A DNA stretch of 64,000 nt from the NCBI GenBank assembly GCA_028023455.1, contig JAQFVV010000006.1:6324001-6388000 (forward strand), read 5' to 3'. The translations under genes and the position numbers were made by a program. The notes below the pieces were generated by a model. It had not been told where the DNA came from and ran no database searches. It worked only from the letters and a program-made list of their open reading frames with translations. Each line of letters opens with the position of its first letter. Position 1 is the first letter of the stretch. This stretch comes from Epiperipatus broadwayi. Lineage: Eukaryota > Animalia > Onychophora. Of this stretch, positions 49,691 through 62,190 are shown piece by piece.

Positions 49691-50469
49691 TTGAGCATTC
49701 ATTGCAACAGACCAGTAGATATATGAATGGATAAGATATATCTTTGTATGTATATTTATAATCTTTTGAAATTGAATTCTTCAACCTACTGAAGTTTCCA
49801 TTGTTCCCCCTGGTGGAAATTTTTGCAATCATTCAACATTTGTTTTTAGTATGAAACCTTTATTCTGTATTGCAATTTAATAAAACAACTTGATTTGTTA
49901 GAAATATAAGATTACAAACAAAAAAATCTTAAAAAATCATTTGAACTTTGCAAATATGGGGGGGGGGAATAAGTACAATACATAATGAGATCAATAAATT
50001 TATTTCTGATCAGATGGTATAAAAAGAAAATGAACAAAATCTTCATTGACTCCATTTTATTTTTAAAACATGAACAAATTCAAATGACATCATCATAAAT
50101 CTATCAAATTCGGCTCTAAAATTCCATACATAATTTTTAAAATATGACAAACATTGTTGATTATCATGTTTAAAAAATATCAATCTTATTGTTGTAGTTT
50201 TCTGCTTACTGTTACAAGTAAATTTGTTAACTTATATTTTTTAAAATAAAACATATCTGAATAAAATCAAAGTGTAATCATGTATACATTTATTTTTAAA
50301 TAATTATTATACTAATATTGCATAAAAATAATCATGAATATTTCAAAGTAGAAGACAATATACATTTTTTTTGCAATTTTCATATTAAAGAAAAGACTTT
50401 CTTTAAGTAATCTTGCAAATAATCTCAAAGTCAGGAGCAAAAAATTAATACAAATTTTTTCTTCCTACT

Positions 50470-50860
50470 CCTTACCTTATGTATTGATTTCTACATTTAC
50501 ATATACCATTTCCAACCTTCTTATACATTTAACAATACTATTTTTATAGATATAATAAACACCTCCATACTTCCCCATTCTTTTTAAATTCATATAAATA
50601 AAGATATAATAAAAGACAACTGACCCCCAAGATGCATTTCATGCTGAACCAGCACTCATCAGTTGGCCCAGGTCACTATCTCTTGTATATATCTTTATTA
50701 TATGCCACTTTATTCTGATGATGATTGCAGGACAGTCGAAACTATAAGAATAAGGTTTTGGTATAAAAAATAGTATTAGGTGCATAAGTAAAAAATAGTA
50801 TTAGGTGCATAAGAAGGTTGAAAATGGTATGATATGTAAGCAAATCATTAGTGATTATTT
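50470..50860. mobile_element. Family D arms flanking a B2 segment
   Basis: D minus arm ~50475-50555, B2 HHR 50621-50675 (-), D plus arm with CTGATGA(50715-21) T GATTG CAGGA CAGTC GAAA CTA TA AGAATAA. Confidence 0.75.
50621..50675 (-). ncRNA. Type I hammerhead ribozyme (B2), intact
   Basis: TGACC TGGG CCAA CTGATGA GTGCT GGTTC AGCAT GAAA TGCA TC | TTGG G GGTCA. AUC triplet; cleavage between 50631 and 50630. Confidence 0.82.
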
Positions 50861-51244
50861 AGATTACTTTAAAGTTCCTGATAGCAGAAGAATATTAACC
50901 TTTTCAGATATTTTTTAATTAATAAATCAATATACTGTAGTTCCACTTTCTGCTATCAAAATAAACATAAATCTATCAAACTAGTGCTTCGAACTGTATA
51001 AGAATAGGGATAGACAGCTAAAGTACAATTCTACCATTTCCAAACAAAGTTTACTGCTTATACTTGTAGAAATGTTAAAGTATATACCTAATAAGATTAA
51101 AAAATAATAATTTCTAATTATTTGTACATTTTTGATTTGCCATTTAGGATATTTTATTAAAAAAATTGAACTTGCAAATTAAATTTATCTGAATCACATA
51201 ATACATTGTACATGCTTAAACCTGCATTTATATATGTAATATAT

Positions 51245-51480
51245 GTTGGGTTCGAACTCAGACTTTCACATGACCCACCACTCTCAGTGCCATCTCATAT
51301 TGATTATATATATGTGTGAGAATAGTAATCTAGACCAACTGATGATTGCTGGTTTAGCATGAAATACATATATTGGTGATTATCTTTTCAACATGTATGT
51401 GATCAGGTATCAGCAATATGAGATGGCATTGAGAGTGGTGGGTCATGTGAAAGTCTGAGTTCTGAATCTCATAAATAAAT
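51245..51480. mobile_element. B1 copy with inverted 3' piece placed 5'
   Basis: 51250-51300 is the reverse complement of 51415-51465. HHR at 51325-51383 has 10.1 changed from G to T. Confidence 0.8.
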
Positions 51481-53429
51481 ACATAGCAACAGGAAATGAC
51501 AGTCAGCAGAAAAGGTATATTATGAATTATTTGCATAATTTTCCCCAATAACTACAGCTCTGGTATTTAAAAAAACTGAAGAGTTTTAATAATTTCTAGA
51601 GATATATTTTATAAGATATACTTAAAATCTCTTCTTCTCCGTAAATCTAAAAAGCACAAATGACCCACAAAGTGCTAATTTTGTTTGGAACCAGTACTCA
51701 TCACATGTCCCAGATTTGCATCTGTTACATATATATTCCTCATTTGCTCTATATTTATCAATATCAAATCATTTCAATTTAATTTACAGGTGTCAAACTT
51801 TCTCGACTCACAACGTAGAGACCAAGCCTTTTAGATAAATACTTTTAATGATTACTATCAATCTAGAGATAATCTCTAGTTTAACAAATGATTAGTAATA
51901 ATCACTGCTCTATTTATCTGAAGTGGTGTCAAATCGTAATGATTTGATATTAATAAAAATATTGACAAAATCATAAAGATTTATGTAAGGCACGGAAATT
52001 TGGGCCAATTGGTTCAACAATATCATTTGTAGTTTTCAGAGATCATTATTCATATATTTTAAGAAAATGTGGTTGATGTGAGAATTTAAATAGAATTTAA
52101 AAGATATTATACATAGGAATGAAGATGAGTTATTCTGTGCACCTATATAAAGCCAAATACATTTTTATTTGAAAATTAAGGTTATATCTGGGCTAAAGAT
52201 AATTTTTAGTTTAATAAATAAATCAGTTATAGTCATTAGTAGATTTATCTGAAGTGGTTGGTTTCAAAGTTATGGGTGTTGAAAATTTGGCGCTTGTAAA
52301 TCAAATTACAAAAATATATAAATAAACAATAAAATATAGTAAATTATGAAATGAAGTTGTTTTTGCTTCGTGTATGTATGTGTGAGAGAGTATTAACACA
52401 TATATGTAAATATTATATGTTAATATGGTAGGAATTATATACCAACCATATATTTTCCATTTCATTATGTATAATTTAATTATATGAAAAAAGAAAATGG
52501 GTCCAAGATATAGTCCACGAACAAGCACTCTTCTTTTAAACCAGGTCATAATCTCTTATATAACCTTATTTCTATTCTAATAAATAATTAATTTTATTCA
52601 TTTGATATTCAATTAGGAGGATGACATTATCGTTATGCGTGCGGAAAAAAATTGGTATGTTTAAATTAAATTGTAATATATAAATTTAGAGAGATTGATT
52701 TAAACCAAACGAAAAAAAAAAATGACGAATTACAATTTAATTCAAATAGTAGTTATTTTGACTCTTTTTTTTAAATATAAAACTTTGAAAGGAAGATTTT
52801 TTTTTTCCTACCATGAGAAATAGAAATTCATACCTGTATAAGACTAATAATTATAATGCAATTCAATAATATAGGTTTAAATGCATATAAAAAGTAAAAA
52901 TTATTTTTTTTCTATAAAAAAAGTTATTTAAAAACAATGGAATCGTGTTAATGAATGCTAATTAGAAATCGCCTTTAAAAAAAAAAAAAAACGACAGAAA
53001 AGTATAATAAATACTGTTAGTACAATTTAATAAGAAATATTTTTAAAAATAATTTTTAATGTAATAATTAATGCAGCGGTCAAATGAATTGGGTATTTGA
53101 ATTACGAATCGGGATACTTCGAAATTTTATCACCATTTAAATCTTTGATTCCTTGAAACAGAATTATAAAAAGTAAAAATTGCATTTTATTACTGAATTA
53201 ATATTTGGATTATTTTCTAAATGCCGTTAGTATATTGTTAATGCCACCATATACGTTGTTAATGTATATAATAATTCATCCATCTCCTTTCATAATCGAG
53301 TCATAGAGATTTTAAAAGCGATTGCGGAAAAACTTTTAAAGAAAGGATTCAAAACGCATTTATATACATGGTTGCAGCATAAATGTGTTATGTCGTACAT
53401 ATTTTTATAGTAAATGTAATAATACTCAA

Positions 53430-53645
53430 GACTAAAATGCGTTTGTAAGTAATCATTAAAAACTAGTCAACACTTAGACAATCCTAATATCAATAACAAT
53501 CAACAATTTCAAACGGTTGTCAAGGCAACCTCCCTTTATTGTTGTGAGGTTGACAACGGTTTGAAATTGTTGATTGCTATTGATATTAGTATTGTCTGAG
53601 TGTTGACTGGTTTTTAATGATATTTTTATAAGCATCTGCATTTAT
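53430..53645. repeat. Near-perfect foldback with ~90-bp arms
   Basis: TCATTAAAAACTAGTCAACACTTAGACAAT..CAACAATTTCAAAC.GTTGTCAA is mirrored across ~53540. Confidence 0.85.
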
Positions 53646-54224
53646 TTAATTAACCTATTCTGATCAGTCATTTCACATTGATCATACACATAATTTGGAA
53701 TTCCAATCTAAATCAGGGTAAAACTTTGAATTTTTTTTCAGCTTCTAAAACAGGTTTAGAATTTTTCTTTCAAATGGAGAAACCATAACTAATCCAACTA
53801 GATTACTGTTGGTCAATAAATGGGTATCTAACTTATATTAATTAGCCAATAAAATGAGAATGGAAAATCTGCTAAAAGTAATCTGGCAGTTGATAACCTT
53901 AATGAGTAATGCATTCTCCTGGACTAATAGTGGTTAGTGGAAGTATTTGGTCATCTGTGTATTATTTGAAAGCTGCCTTATTGAGCGGTTAAAATGAAGC
54001 CATAATAATTTTTAAGCACTGATATAACAAAGTTAATCAAAAACTTACATTTAAATTGGACAGACTCAAATATCTTTTCTATTTTGTCAGATGTTAATTG
54101 GTCCAGAAATCTTGATTTGAGAAAATTAATATACTTCCAGAGTTAAATGATTATGCCAATGCTTATATACACATGTATTTAAAATGGAAGTAATTAAAAT
54201 TTCCAGGAAGCTATCATACATTAA

Positions 54225-54650
54225 TAAGTTAAACCATTAAACATCACATGATCACCATTCTTTATGTGTACACAAGCTGTTTGCACAGAAGCTAAACTCT
54301 CCAAATGATTTGTGCATAAAATCCCTATTAATGCCTACTTATCCAATATCACCAGACTATAAGATTAAATTGAAAATATTATTGTGTTTTCATTTTGGAC
54401 TCAAAGCTTTATAGTTAGCTAATAAGGTGAAAGGTGGCTGCTGGGGTGTTGTATTAGATCCTAAGATCTAGGTACAGTGCTCTCAGATTCAAGCCTCCTC
54501 ACTGATGAAAGCCATAAGCTAGAAATTAGTCTGGGATGTTAGATGAGTAGGCACTAGATAGGGATTTTATGCACAAACCTTCTTGAATCCATTGATTACT
54601 CTAGCTGGTATTAAGTGGTGCTACTGTGTGGAGAGTTTAGCCTCTGTATT
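54225..54650. mobile_element. Family A composite (inverted piece plus a plus-strand copy)
   Basis: CTCA CTGATGA(54502-08) AAGC CATAA GCT A GAAA TTAG TC TGGG. Confidence 0.85.
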
Positions 54651-54719
54651 TCTTTATTGACAAATTGAAAATAGAGCCTAAAACTTAAATATTAGCTTGA
54701 TTTCTAAGTATAACATAAA

Positions 54720-55380
54720 TAAATTGATAAATATTTATTTTTTATACAATACAGTATTTATTGTAATATGTTCATAAGTAAATGAATCTTCACATATGCA
54801 CTGTTTAATATAAATTAACATGCACTCATTCATATGCAAAGATTTTAAAGAACAAGTGAATCACTTCTGCTTCAAGCTTATCTATATATAAGTCAACTAT
54901 TGCTCGCCATGCATTATTCAGGGCCTGAGTCTATTATATGCCTGATTTTCTTAAACAATGTTCAAATTGGGCAAAAGTAATTCAAATATTGCAGAAAAAA
55001 GAATTTATCTCATTTTTAACCAACTGCAATTCACTTTTTAAAATCTAAATATATTGATATTTATTTTTATACAACACAGTATTATTGTGATAAATTCGAA
55101 GTAAAATAATTTTCACACGTGCTGTTTAATATAAATTAACATGCAAAGTCTCTCTCCTGTAATATTTGAATTACATTTGTATAATATGAATATCGTTTAA
55201 AAAAAGTAGGCATATAATAGACTCAAGCCCTGAATAATGCATGGTAAGCAAAGGTTGGCTTAAATATAGATAAGCTTGAAGAACAAATATTCACTTATTC
55301 TTTAAAATCTTTGCTTATGAGAGTGCATGTCAATTTATATTAAACAGTGCATGTGTGAAGATTTGTTTACTTCAGAATAC
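54720..55380. repeat. Tandem-plus-inverted repeat (PLE-like layout, no ribozyme found)
   Basis: 54735-54825 repeats at 55060-55145, and 54780-54950 is inverted at 55195-55375. Confidence 0.75.
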
Positions 55381-55422
55381 ATTAACATAAATAAATTAGA
55401 GATTCCAATGAAATATTTAAAG

Positions 55423-55869
55423 TAGGAGTGTCCAATCAGCAGCCTGAGGGTCATGTGCACCAAGATAACTATGAATGTGGCCCAACACAAAATCATAAAA
55501 CTTATTTAAAACATTATATTTTGGTGTCACTCAACTCAAATATAATACCAAATATTCAATTAGTTTTGTTCCCATCTTTTATTTTTATAATATATATATC
55601 AATGATTTTTATTACTTATTAGTGATCACAAACTTGGAACCTGCTCGATGATTCTAAAAGACTTGCCAAATGAATTGTTGCAAAATTAGGATTGTTATTT
55701 AAGAAAATTTTTGCTTATCTATGGTGTTGAATATCATAAAAATTGTGCATGAACCTCACCGCCATCCCCTTATGAGCTTTCAGTAATATTTATATATTTG
55801 ATGTGCAGTTCAAGACTATTCTTCTTTTCCCAATGTGGTGCAAAGATGTTAAAAAGTTAGGCACCTCTG
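55423..55869. mobile_element. hAT-Charlie-type MITE, 8-bp TSD
   Basis: Ends TAGGAGTGTCCAA...TTAGGCACCTCTG. TSD ATTTAAAG (55415-22) and ATTTAGAG (55870-77). Subterminal sequence resembles MER30-type elements. Confidence 0.8.
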
Positions 55870-56159
55870 ATTTAGAGAATAAAAGCTGTGATTTATCTTT
55901 AATAACTTTACAAGTCAGTTTTGTAAATGTCAAAGACATATAGCTTAATCATTATGAAGCTTAAATAGTAAGTAATATGGCAACAAATACTATGATTGGA
56001 TAGGCCATCAACTTTACAAAATAAGACGCTGTCTTTATCCTCTAAGTATTCAATAGTAATTTTAAATCTATTTATGCTGTACTTTAAAATCATGTTAATA
56101 TACAAATCTCACATTCTCTTTTCAACAATGTCAATAAATAAAGATTTATGAACATCCAC

Positions 56160-56560
56160 AGTTAAAGAAATAAGATCATTCTGTTCTTTGCAATTATTGA
56201 TATATGAGTTAGCTTTCAAGAAATTTGGTTGCTTCCATTTTCATTTCAAATACATTAAAATATACGTGTGTCACTTATATATATGATAAATAATGGAAAC
56301 TTTTCTTACTGAATCTTATCAATGCTAAATTTTAAAATAATTTTAAAGCCATCTAGGGTTAAAGAAATAAGTTCATTCTGCTCTTTGCAATTATTAATGT
56401 ATGAGTGTAGTTTCTACATAGCTTCAAAGTTTGGTTTCTTCCATTTTACATTTCGAATACATTAAAATATGTATGTGGGTCACTTATATGTATGATAAAT
56501 AACACACAAAATAATTATACTGCTGTTAAATTTTTAAATAGTTTTAAAGTCATTTTGATA
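56160..56560. repeat. ~197-bp tandem duplication adjoining the A' element
   Basis: GTTAAAGAAATAAG.TCATTCTG.TCTTTGCAATTATT at ~56161 and ~56358. Confidence 0.8.
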
Positions 56561-57418
56561 TGTTTAATTGCAAAGAAATAAAGTCATATATCACATGACC
56601 TAATTTAACAAGCTTGTATTACAAATATTATCTAATGAGCTTTCCAATAGTTCTTAACAAGCTTTTCAGAATATCCCCACCCACCCAGACCAGTTTCTGC
56701 TTCTGGCTTCCTTAAAAAAATTGCTGGGCTTGACCTGGTATTTTAAAACTAATGCTTGAATATCCTAGCACCTCACTGAGAAAGCCAGAAGCAGAAATCG
56801 GCCTGGGCTTGGGGATATTCTGAAAAGCTTGTTAAGAGCTATTGAAAAGCTTGTTAGATAACATTCATATGGTTTAGTATAGTGTAAGGGCAATGGAATT
56901 GGAAACTAAAGAATCCTGAATTGAAACTCAGTTGGTCACTTCTAGTTCTTGAATATTCCATGACCTCTCAATTAATTATTTGATTAAAAACATGACCAAC
57001 TAAATATTACATGACCCTAGCATATACATTACTATTTATTAGAATGTTTTTTTCTATTATTCATATTCTTATGCCACCTAGTGATAGCTTTAGAAATCAA
57101 AAGATGTTAGATAGTAGTGCTTATTAAATCCTCATACAGTAGTGTCCTATCCAAATATCTCCAGGCAGTTTTTGTATTTTTTTTTGAACAGTTTTTGTAA
57201 TTAATGAATCTTTTCTCCAGCAGTCATTTGTTGCTTTTTGTTCCACTATCAAGCTATTAGTCCGAATTGAAAAATAGTTTAATTTCTTTTCTATATATTA
57301 TAATGACCTTAATTTTTTATATAACCTTAGGTACCATTATTCTTTGGCAAAACGAATAATATATTACATGACCTTAGCATACACATATTTGTATTTATTA
57401 GCAAATTATTTTGCTTTC

Positions 57419-57948
57419 AACCAATAAATATCACATGATCACCATTTCTTATGCTTGCTTATAACTCTTAATAAAGCAGCTACTATATGGAGAGTTTTGC
57501 CTGATTTAAGAAGTTATAAGCAAGCATAAGAAATGGAGATCATGTGATGTTTAGTGGTTTTAATACCAATCCTGCCTAATAGGATAGTGGTGGCTATGGT
57601 TATTAAAGAACCAAAGATACCAAAATGTATAGGTACTGAACTGAGTTCAGGTCTTTATGACTATATAAGGTGATGAGCTTGGATTGAAAATAAAATTTAA
57701 ATCTCATAGTTTGTAGTTAGGCAGAGATAAAAAGTGGTTTCTGGAGGGTTGCATTAGATCCAGATCTAGGTGCAGTGCTCTCAAATACAAAGCTCCTCAC
57801 TGATGAAGGCCACAAGCCAGAAACTAGTCTGGGAATATTGGATGAGTAAGCACTAGATGGGTATTTTATACACAAGCCTTCTGGCATCCATTGATTACTC
57901 TGGCTTGCACTGAGTAGCACTACTGTATGAGAGTTTTGCCTGTTTTAA
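57419..57948. mobile_element. Family A composite (5' foldback plus a plus-strand unit), 12-bp TSD
   Basis: TSD TATTTTGCTTTC at 57407-57418 and 57949-57960. Foldback spans ~57420-57565. Confidence 0.85.
57783..57845 (+). ncRNA. Type I hammerhead motif (family A), best-preserved copy
   Basis: CTCA CTGATGA A GGC CACAA GCC A GAAA CTAG TC | TGGG. Predicted cleavage after C57829; A-A mismatch at the base of stem II. Confidence 0.7.
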
Positions 57949-58499
57949 TATTTTGCTTTCCTTAATTCATTAATTTATCTCACAAATGATTACAAGTCTT
58001 TTACACTTTTTTGAGATCAAGTTTAAGACTTCAGTAATCCAAGTATTACCAACTCTTCCAGTGATACTTCATCAGTTTAGCTCCACATTTACCTGTAATT
58101 AGCTTGGACACGGGTTTTTTTCTGTTTAATATTAATATTCATGAATGTGATTAATAATATCAATATTCATGAATGAGATTAAGAATTCACAATACCTGTT
58201 AATTATTAATATTGATTAGACTACACTCAATTTAATGTAGTGGAAGAATAACAAACTGGAACTCCAAATTCATGAATCACTGCTGTTATTTCCAGTTTTT
58301 GACTTTTTATAAAATTCATGAGAAAAGAAACAAACCATCTGATTATTTTTTATTAATGTGGACTATCTTGATCTCTTGAAATTCAAACTCAAATCTTCTG
58401 AATCTACAGGCTGTATTTCATGTACCATAAGGAAGCATTCTAAGTTAAACATTATATGGCCACAATTTCCTATGCTCACCACTGTTAAAACAATGAATG

Positions 58500-59090
58500 A
58501 TAAACTCTCCATACACATAAACTCTCTGTACAGTAGTGCCACCTAGTGAAAGCCATAGTAATCAATGGCTGCAAGATTTATACATAAAATCCCTATCTAG
58601 TGCCTACTCATCCAATATCCCCAGACTAATTTCTAGCTTGTGGCTTTGTAATTCTAAATATAAGTATTTTTAAACATTTTACCAGAAAAGATTAATTAGC
58701 ACATAAATTTGATGTTCTATTATAGAGCCTTTAATTTTCTGAGCATGCTTTCGACCTGTACTCTCAGATTCATAACATTCTTGCTCAACAGCAGAAACTG
58801 CTGTATTTGAATACTGTTATTTAAAGCTATAAATGTAAATATTCCATTCACTTTATAGTTAACTAAAATAATGAAGATGGATACTGGAGGTTTGCATTGG
58901 AACCCCAAGATCTGGGTGCAGTGCTTTCAGTTCCAAGGTTCCTCACCAATAAAAGTCACAAGCTAAAAACTACTCTGGGGATGTTGGATGAGTAAGCACT
59001 AGGTAGGGATTTTATGAACAAATCTTCTTGCATCCATTGGTTATTAAGGTTTTCACTGGATGGCACTACTGTATGGAGAGTTTTTCACCA
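58500..59090. mobile_element. Two further family A copies (58500-58650 minus, 58890-59090 plus)
   Basis: Same TGGGGAT(A/G)TTGGATGAGTA.GCACTAG.TAGGGATTTTATG body; HHR truncated or mutated. Confidence 0.8.
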
Positions 59091-61696
59091 TTCTAAATCT
59101 TCTTAAATTAAAATTTATTCAAGTCAAAATTTTTTATTCAAGTGTATCATGGCACAGAATATGTGAATATTTTTAACAACTGAAAATAAACACTACATCA
59201 TATCACAAGAGATATTTACACAAAATGATATATATAAGAACTGAGGGTTACATTGATTTATTCTTTGATGTTTTTGCACTAGTTACCTTAAAGATTGGGA
59301 CACCAGTAACCTTACATATAAAATTACATTAAACTCAAAAAAATTGTCAGATAAGCCAAGGATTTCATAAGTAAGTTTAGGATTCTTCAATCATCTGGTT
59401 TATAATTGATCCAGTTATTTTTCCAGTATTGATCAAAAAACAACTATTGTTTTTGGAAGATCCCCAAAATAATCTTATCTACTTACATGAGCTGTACTTA
59501 CATGAACTGATAAAAAAAACATGACTATAATAAAATGCAATCTTCATTCCTAATAAAAAAGGAATCATACATCAGTAGACACTGGAATCATGAATTATCA
59601 TTACTTTTTATATCAAAAAATTAACATATTGATGATCTAATCAACACAATAGAAAACTCAATAGAACATATAGTTAAATAAACAGGGCTATTAACAAAAC
59701 TTTTGATTTCATAAATTTAAATTTCTTCTTATCATTAAATATGTTATCTATAAACAATTTTATATGTTGATATATGCATAAAAAATATATCTCATGATAC
59801 TGCATTCTCTACAGTCAATTTGCAGATATTACAGATAACAACTAACCATGCCCTGTGCATTTTAGCATTATGATAACGATAGATTTAAAAACTAAGGATT
59901 CATGGATCAATGGTCAAAATGACATTTCTGGTACTTGAATGTCAAGACCTCTTTCCCATACATTTACAAAATATTCATAGTAGTACCACTATCCTCCAAG
60001 AGCTTTATTCATGTATATCCCATGAAATACTTATTTTTGCTTTTGATTTGTAGCCCATATTATTCACAGAAAAATGTTTATTATAGTTACTGTTTAGACC
60101 ATTAGGTGGAATCTCTTGTATTTTAAAAAAATTGCTTATGTAATAATAAAAATTAAAAGATGCAAGAAGACAGCATCTGTGGATATCTTTATATGTAAAA
60201 GAAATTAAAAAGGAAAGCAACTTTAGTTTTTTATCATTTAATGTTCTAATTATAAATTTATTTAAATGCACATTGATTACGTAAGTAATATTCATTAAGG
60301 CTGTAGCCTCAAGCACATGCATATAAAATGCGATAGTAGGGACCTCTACAGGTCTTAAACCACAAGCTTATTCCTTTTCATTTACATTTGTAGCTTAATA
60401 TTGAGAAATGTTTTCAATATCTGACACTTGAAAAAGTTTATTTTTTTCCTCATACAAAATATTTACTTTTTCTTAGATATAGCTGAGGATATAGTTTAAA
60501 CTGTTTTTCTAAGTATAATTTAATGTCAGAAGCATGCAATTATAGTTTTACTTTTATAAAAAATATATTTTTTTAGTAGAAAAAAAATAGATTATTTTTA
60601 GAAGTAAAAATATTTTACTATTTTTACTGTCTACAAAATTTTATCATTATATTTATTTTGTATTATTTCTGAATTGCAGTATATATTTTGATTTTTTTTA
60701 CAAACACATGTAATCAGATAACTTTATTGATCATTCATTCATGTTAGGAGGGAGGGAAGTAAAAAATCAAATTGACATTATTTACTGGAGAGCTAAGCTT
60801 GAATGAAATAAATTAACAGCTTGATGCTTTAACTATGAACCATGAAGGAATATTTTAAATATAATCAATACTTTGCACAGTTCAGTGACATGGTAAAGTA
60901 GCAAATTCAAGAAATAAATATAAATTTTAAAAACGTGCTTGGTCAGTTGAATGAAATGGTTGGGTTCAATCAGCTATTTGATGCTCAATCATCATCACAT
61001 AACTGCCTGAGCCACTTCGTTATTATGTAAATATTCTTATTAGTTTATTGCATAAATATTTTACTTTGTTTAGATAAGTTACAATGATATAAAAGTATAC
61101 ATTATATCATCATCACCAATCATTATCAATTCATTGCAGGTTTCTCCTTCAATCCATCTTCTCTGATCTTTAACTCCTCTTCTCCACATCACCCCTGAAC
61201 ACTTTCTTATTTCATTCATCTCACATGTGGTCTTTTTCTGGATCTTTTACATACATTATATATCATCAGATATATAATTTTGTGGGTTTTCATCTGTTTT
61301 CATGGTGAGATTCTTTTTTGTCATATTGTTCCAAGCAAGCTCTCTTTAAAAATGTCTAGCAATGTGAAATTTGATTCTTCTAAAATAAATTATGCTTATG
61401 TTCAAGACCATTTTAATCTTATGGGCTACAGGCTCTAGCCCAATGGTATCCAAGATTTAATTCAATAATTAAAAACTTTAAAGTATTGAATCCATTTTTG
61501 CAACCAATAATTACTTTTATAAATGATTTGTTTTTAAAGAAGAATAGATTTTAAAAAATCAAGTTTTACACAAAGTCCGAAAAATTAAGATTTGGTGTTA
61601 ATTTGCTTTTCTTTTTCATTCTTTATTTCTACAGCAGCTATAAAAGCTCGTATTTCTTCAAGCATCTGTGAATTCCCTGTTATGATGTCTCTAAAT

Positions 61697-62190
61697 CAGG
61701 GGTGGGCAAATAGTAGCTTGAGGGCCATATGTGGCCCTCTAAGAGATTTTATGTGGCCCTCCAAGACAATCAGAAAAATCCATCTTGAACTGAGATTTCC
61801 TTTATGTGCGTAACTGAAGATTCATCTCTTATTTTCCACTAGGATGGCCACATCAATACACATGTGCAGTGTAGATACGATGTGCAGTGCTTTTCTAGTT
61901 GATCTGGTTAATTTCAATTTTGTTTTTGCATTAGAAAATATATACATTTCTTAACTTTAGTGAAAGCATGAACCCTCCAAAAAAATGTAAAATTTGTGAT
62001 GAATGTTGTGTGTTTAATGAAGAATGTACAAACAAATATTTCTTTGGTAATACAGGGAATAAAGCAGTGTGTTTATTGTGTCATGAAAAAAGGTGCGGCC
62101 ATCCGCTAACCTTCGCTTCCACAAAGTGGCCCTCGATGCGGCCCTCCACCAACCTGTGTGGCCCTGAACAAAAACAATTGCCCACACCTG
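61697..62190 (+). mobile_element. hAT-Charlie/SPIN-like internal-deletion derivative, perfect 8-bp TSD
   Basis: TIRs CAGGGGTGGGCAA and TTGCCCACACCTG. TSD CTCTAAAT at 61689-96 and 62191-98. Retains transposase N-terminus MNPPKKCKICDECCVFNEECTNKYFF...KAVCLLCHE. Confidence 0.92.
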
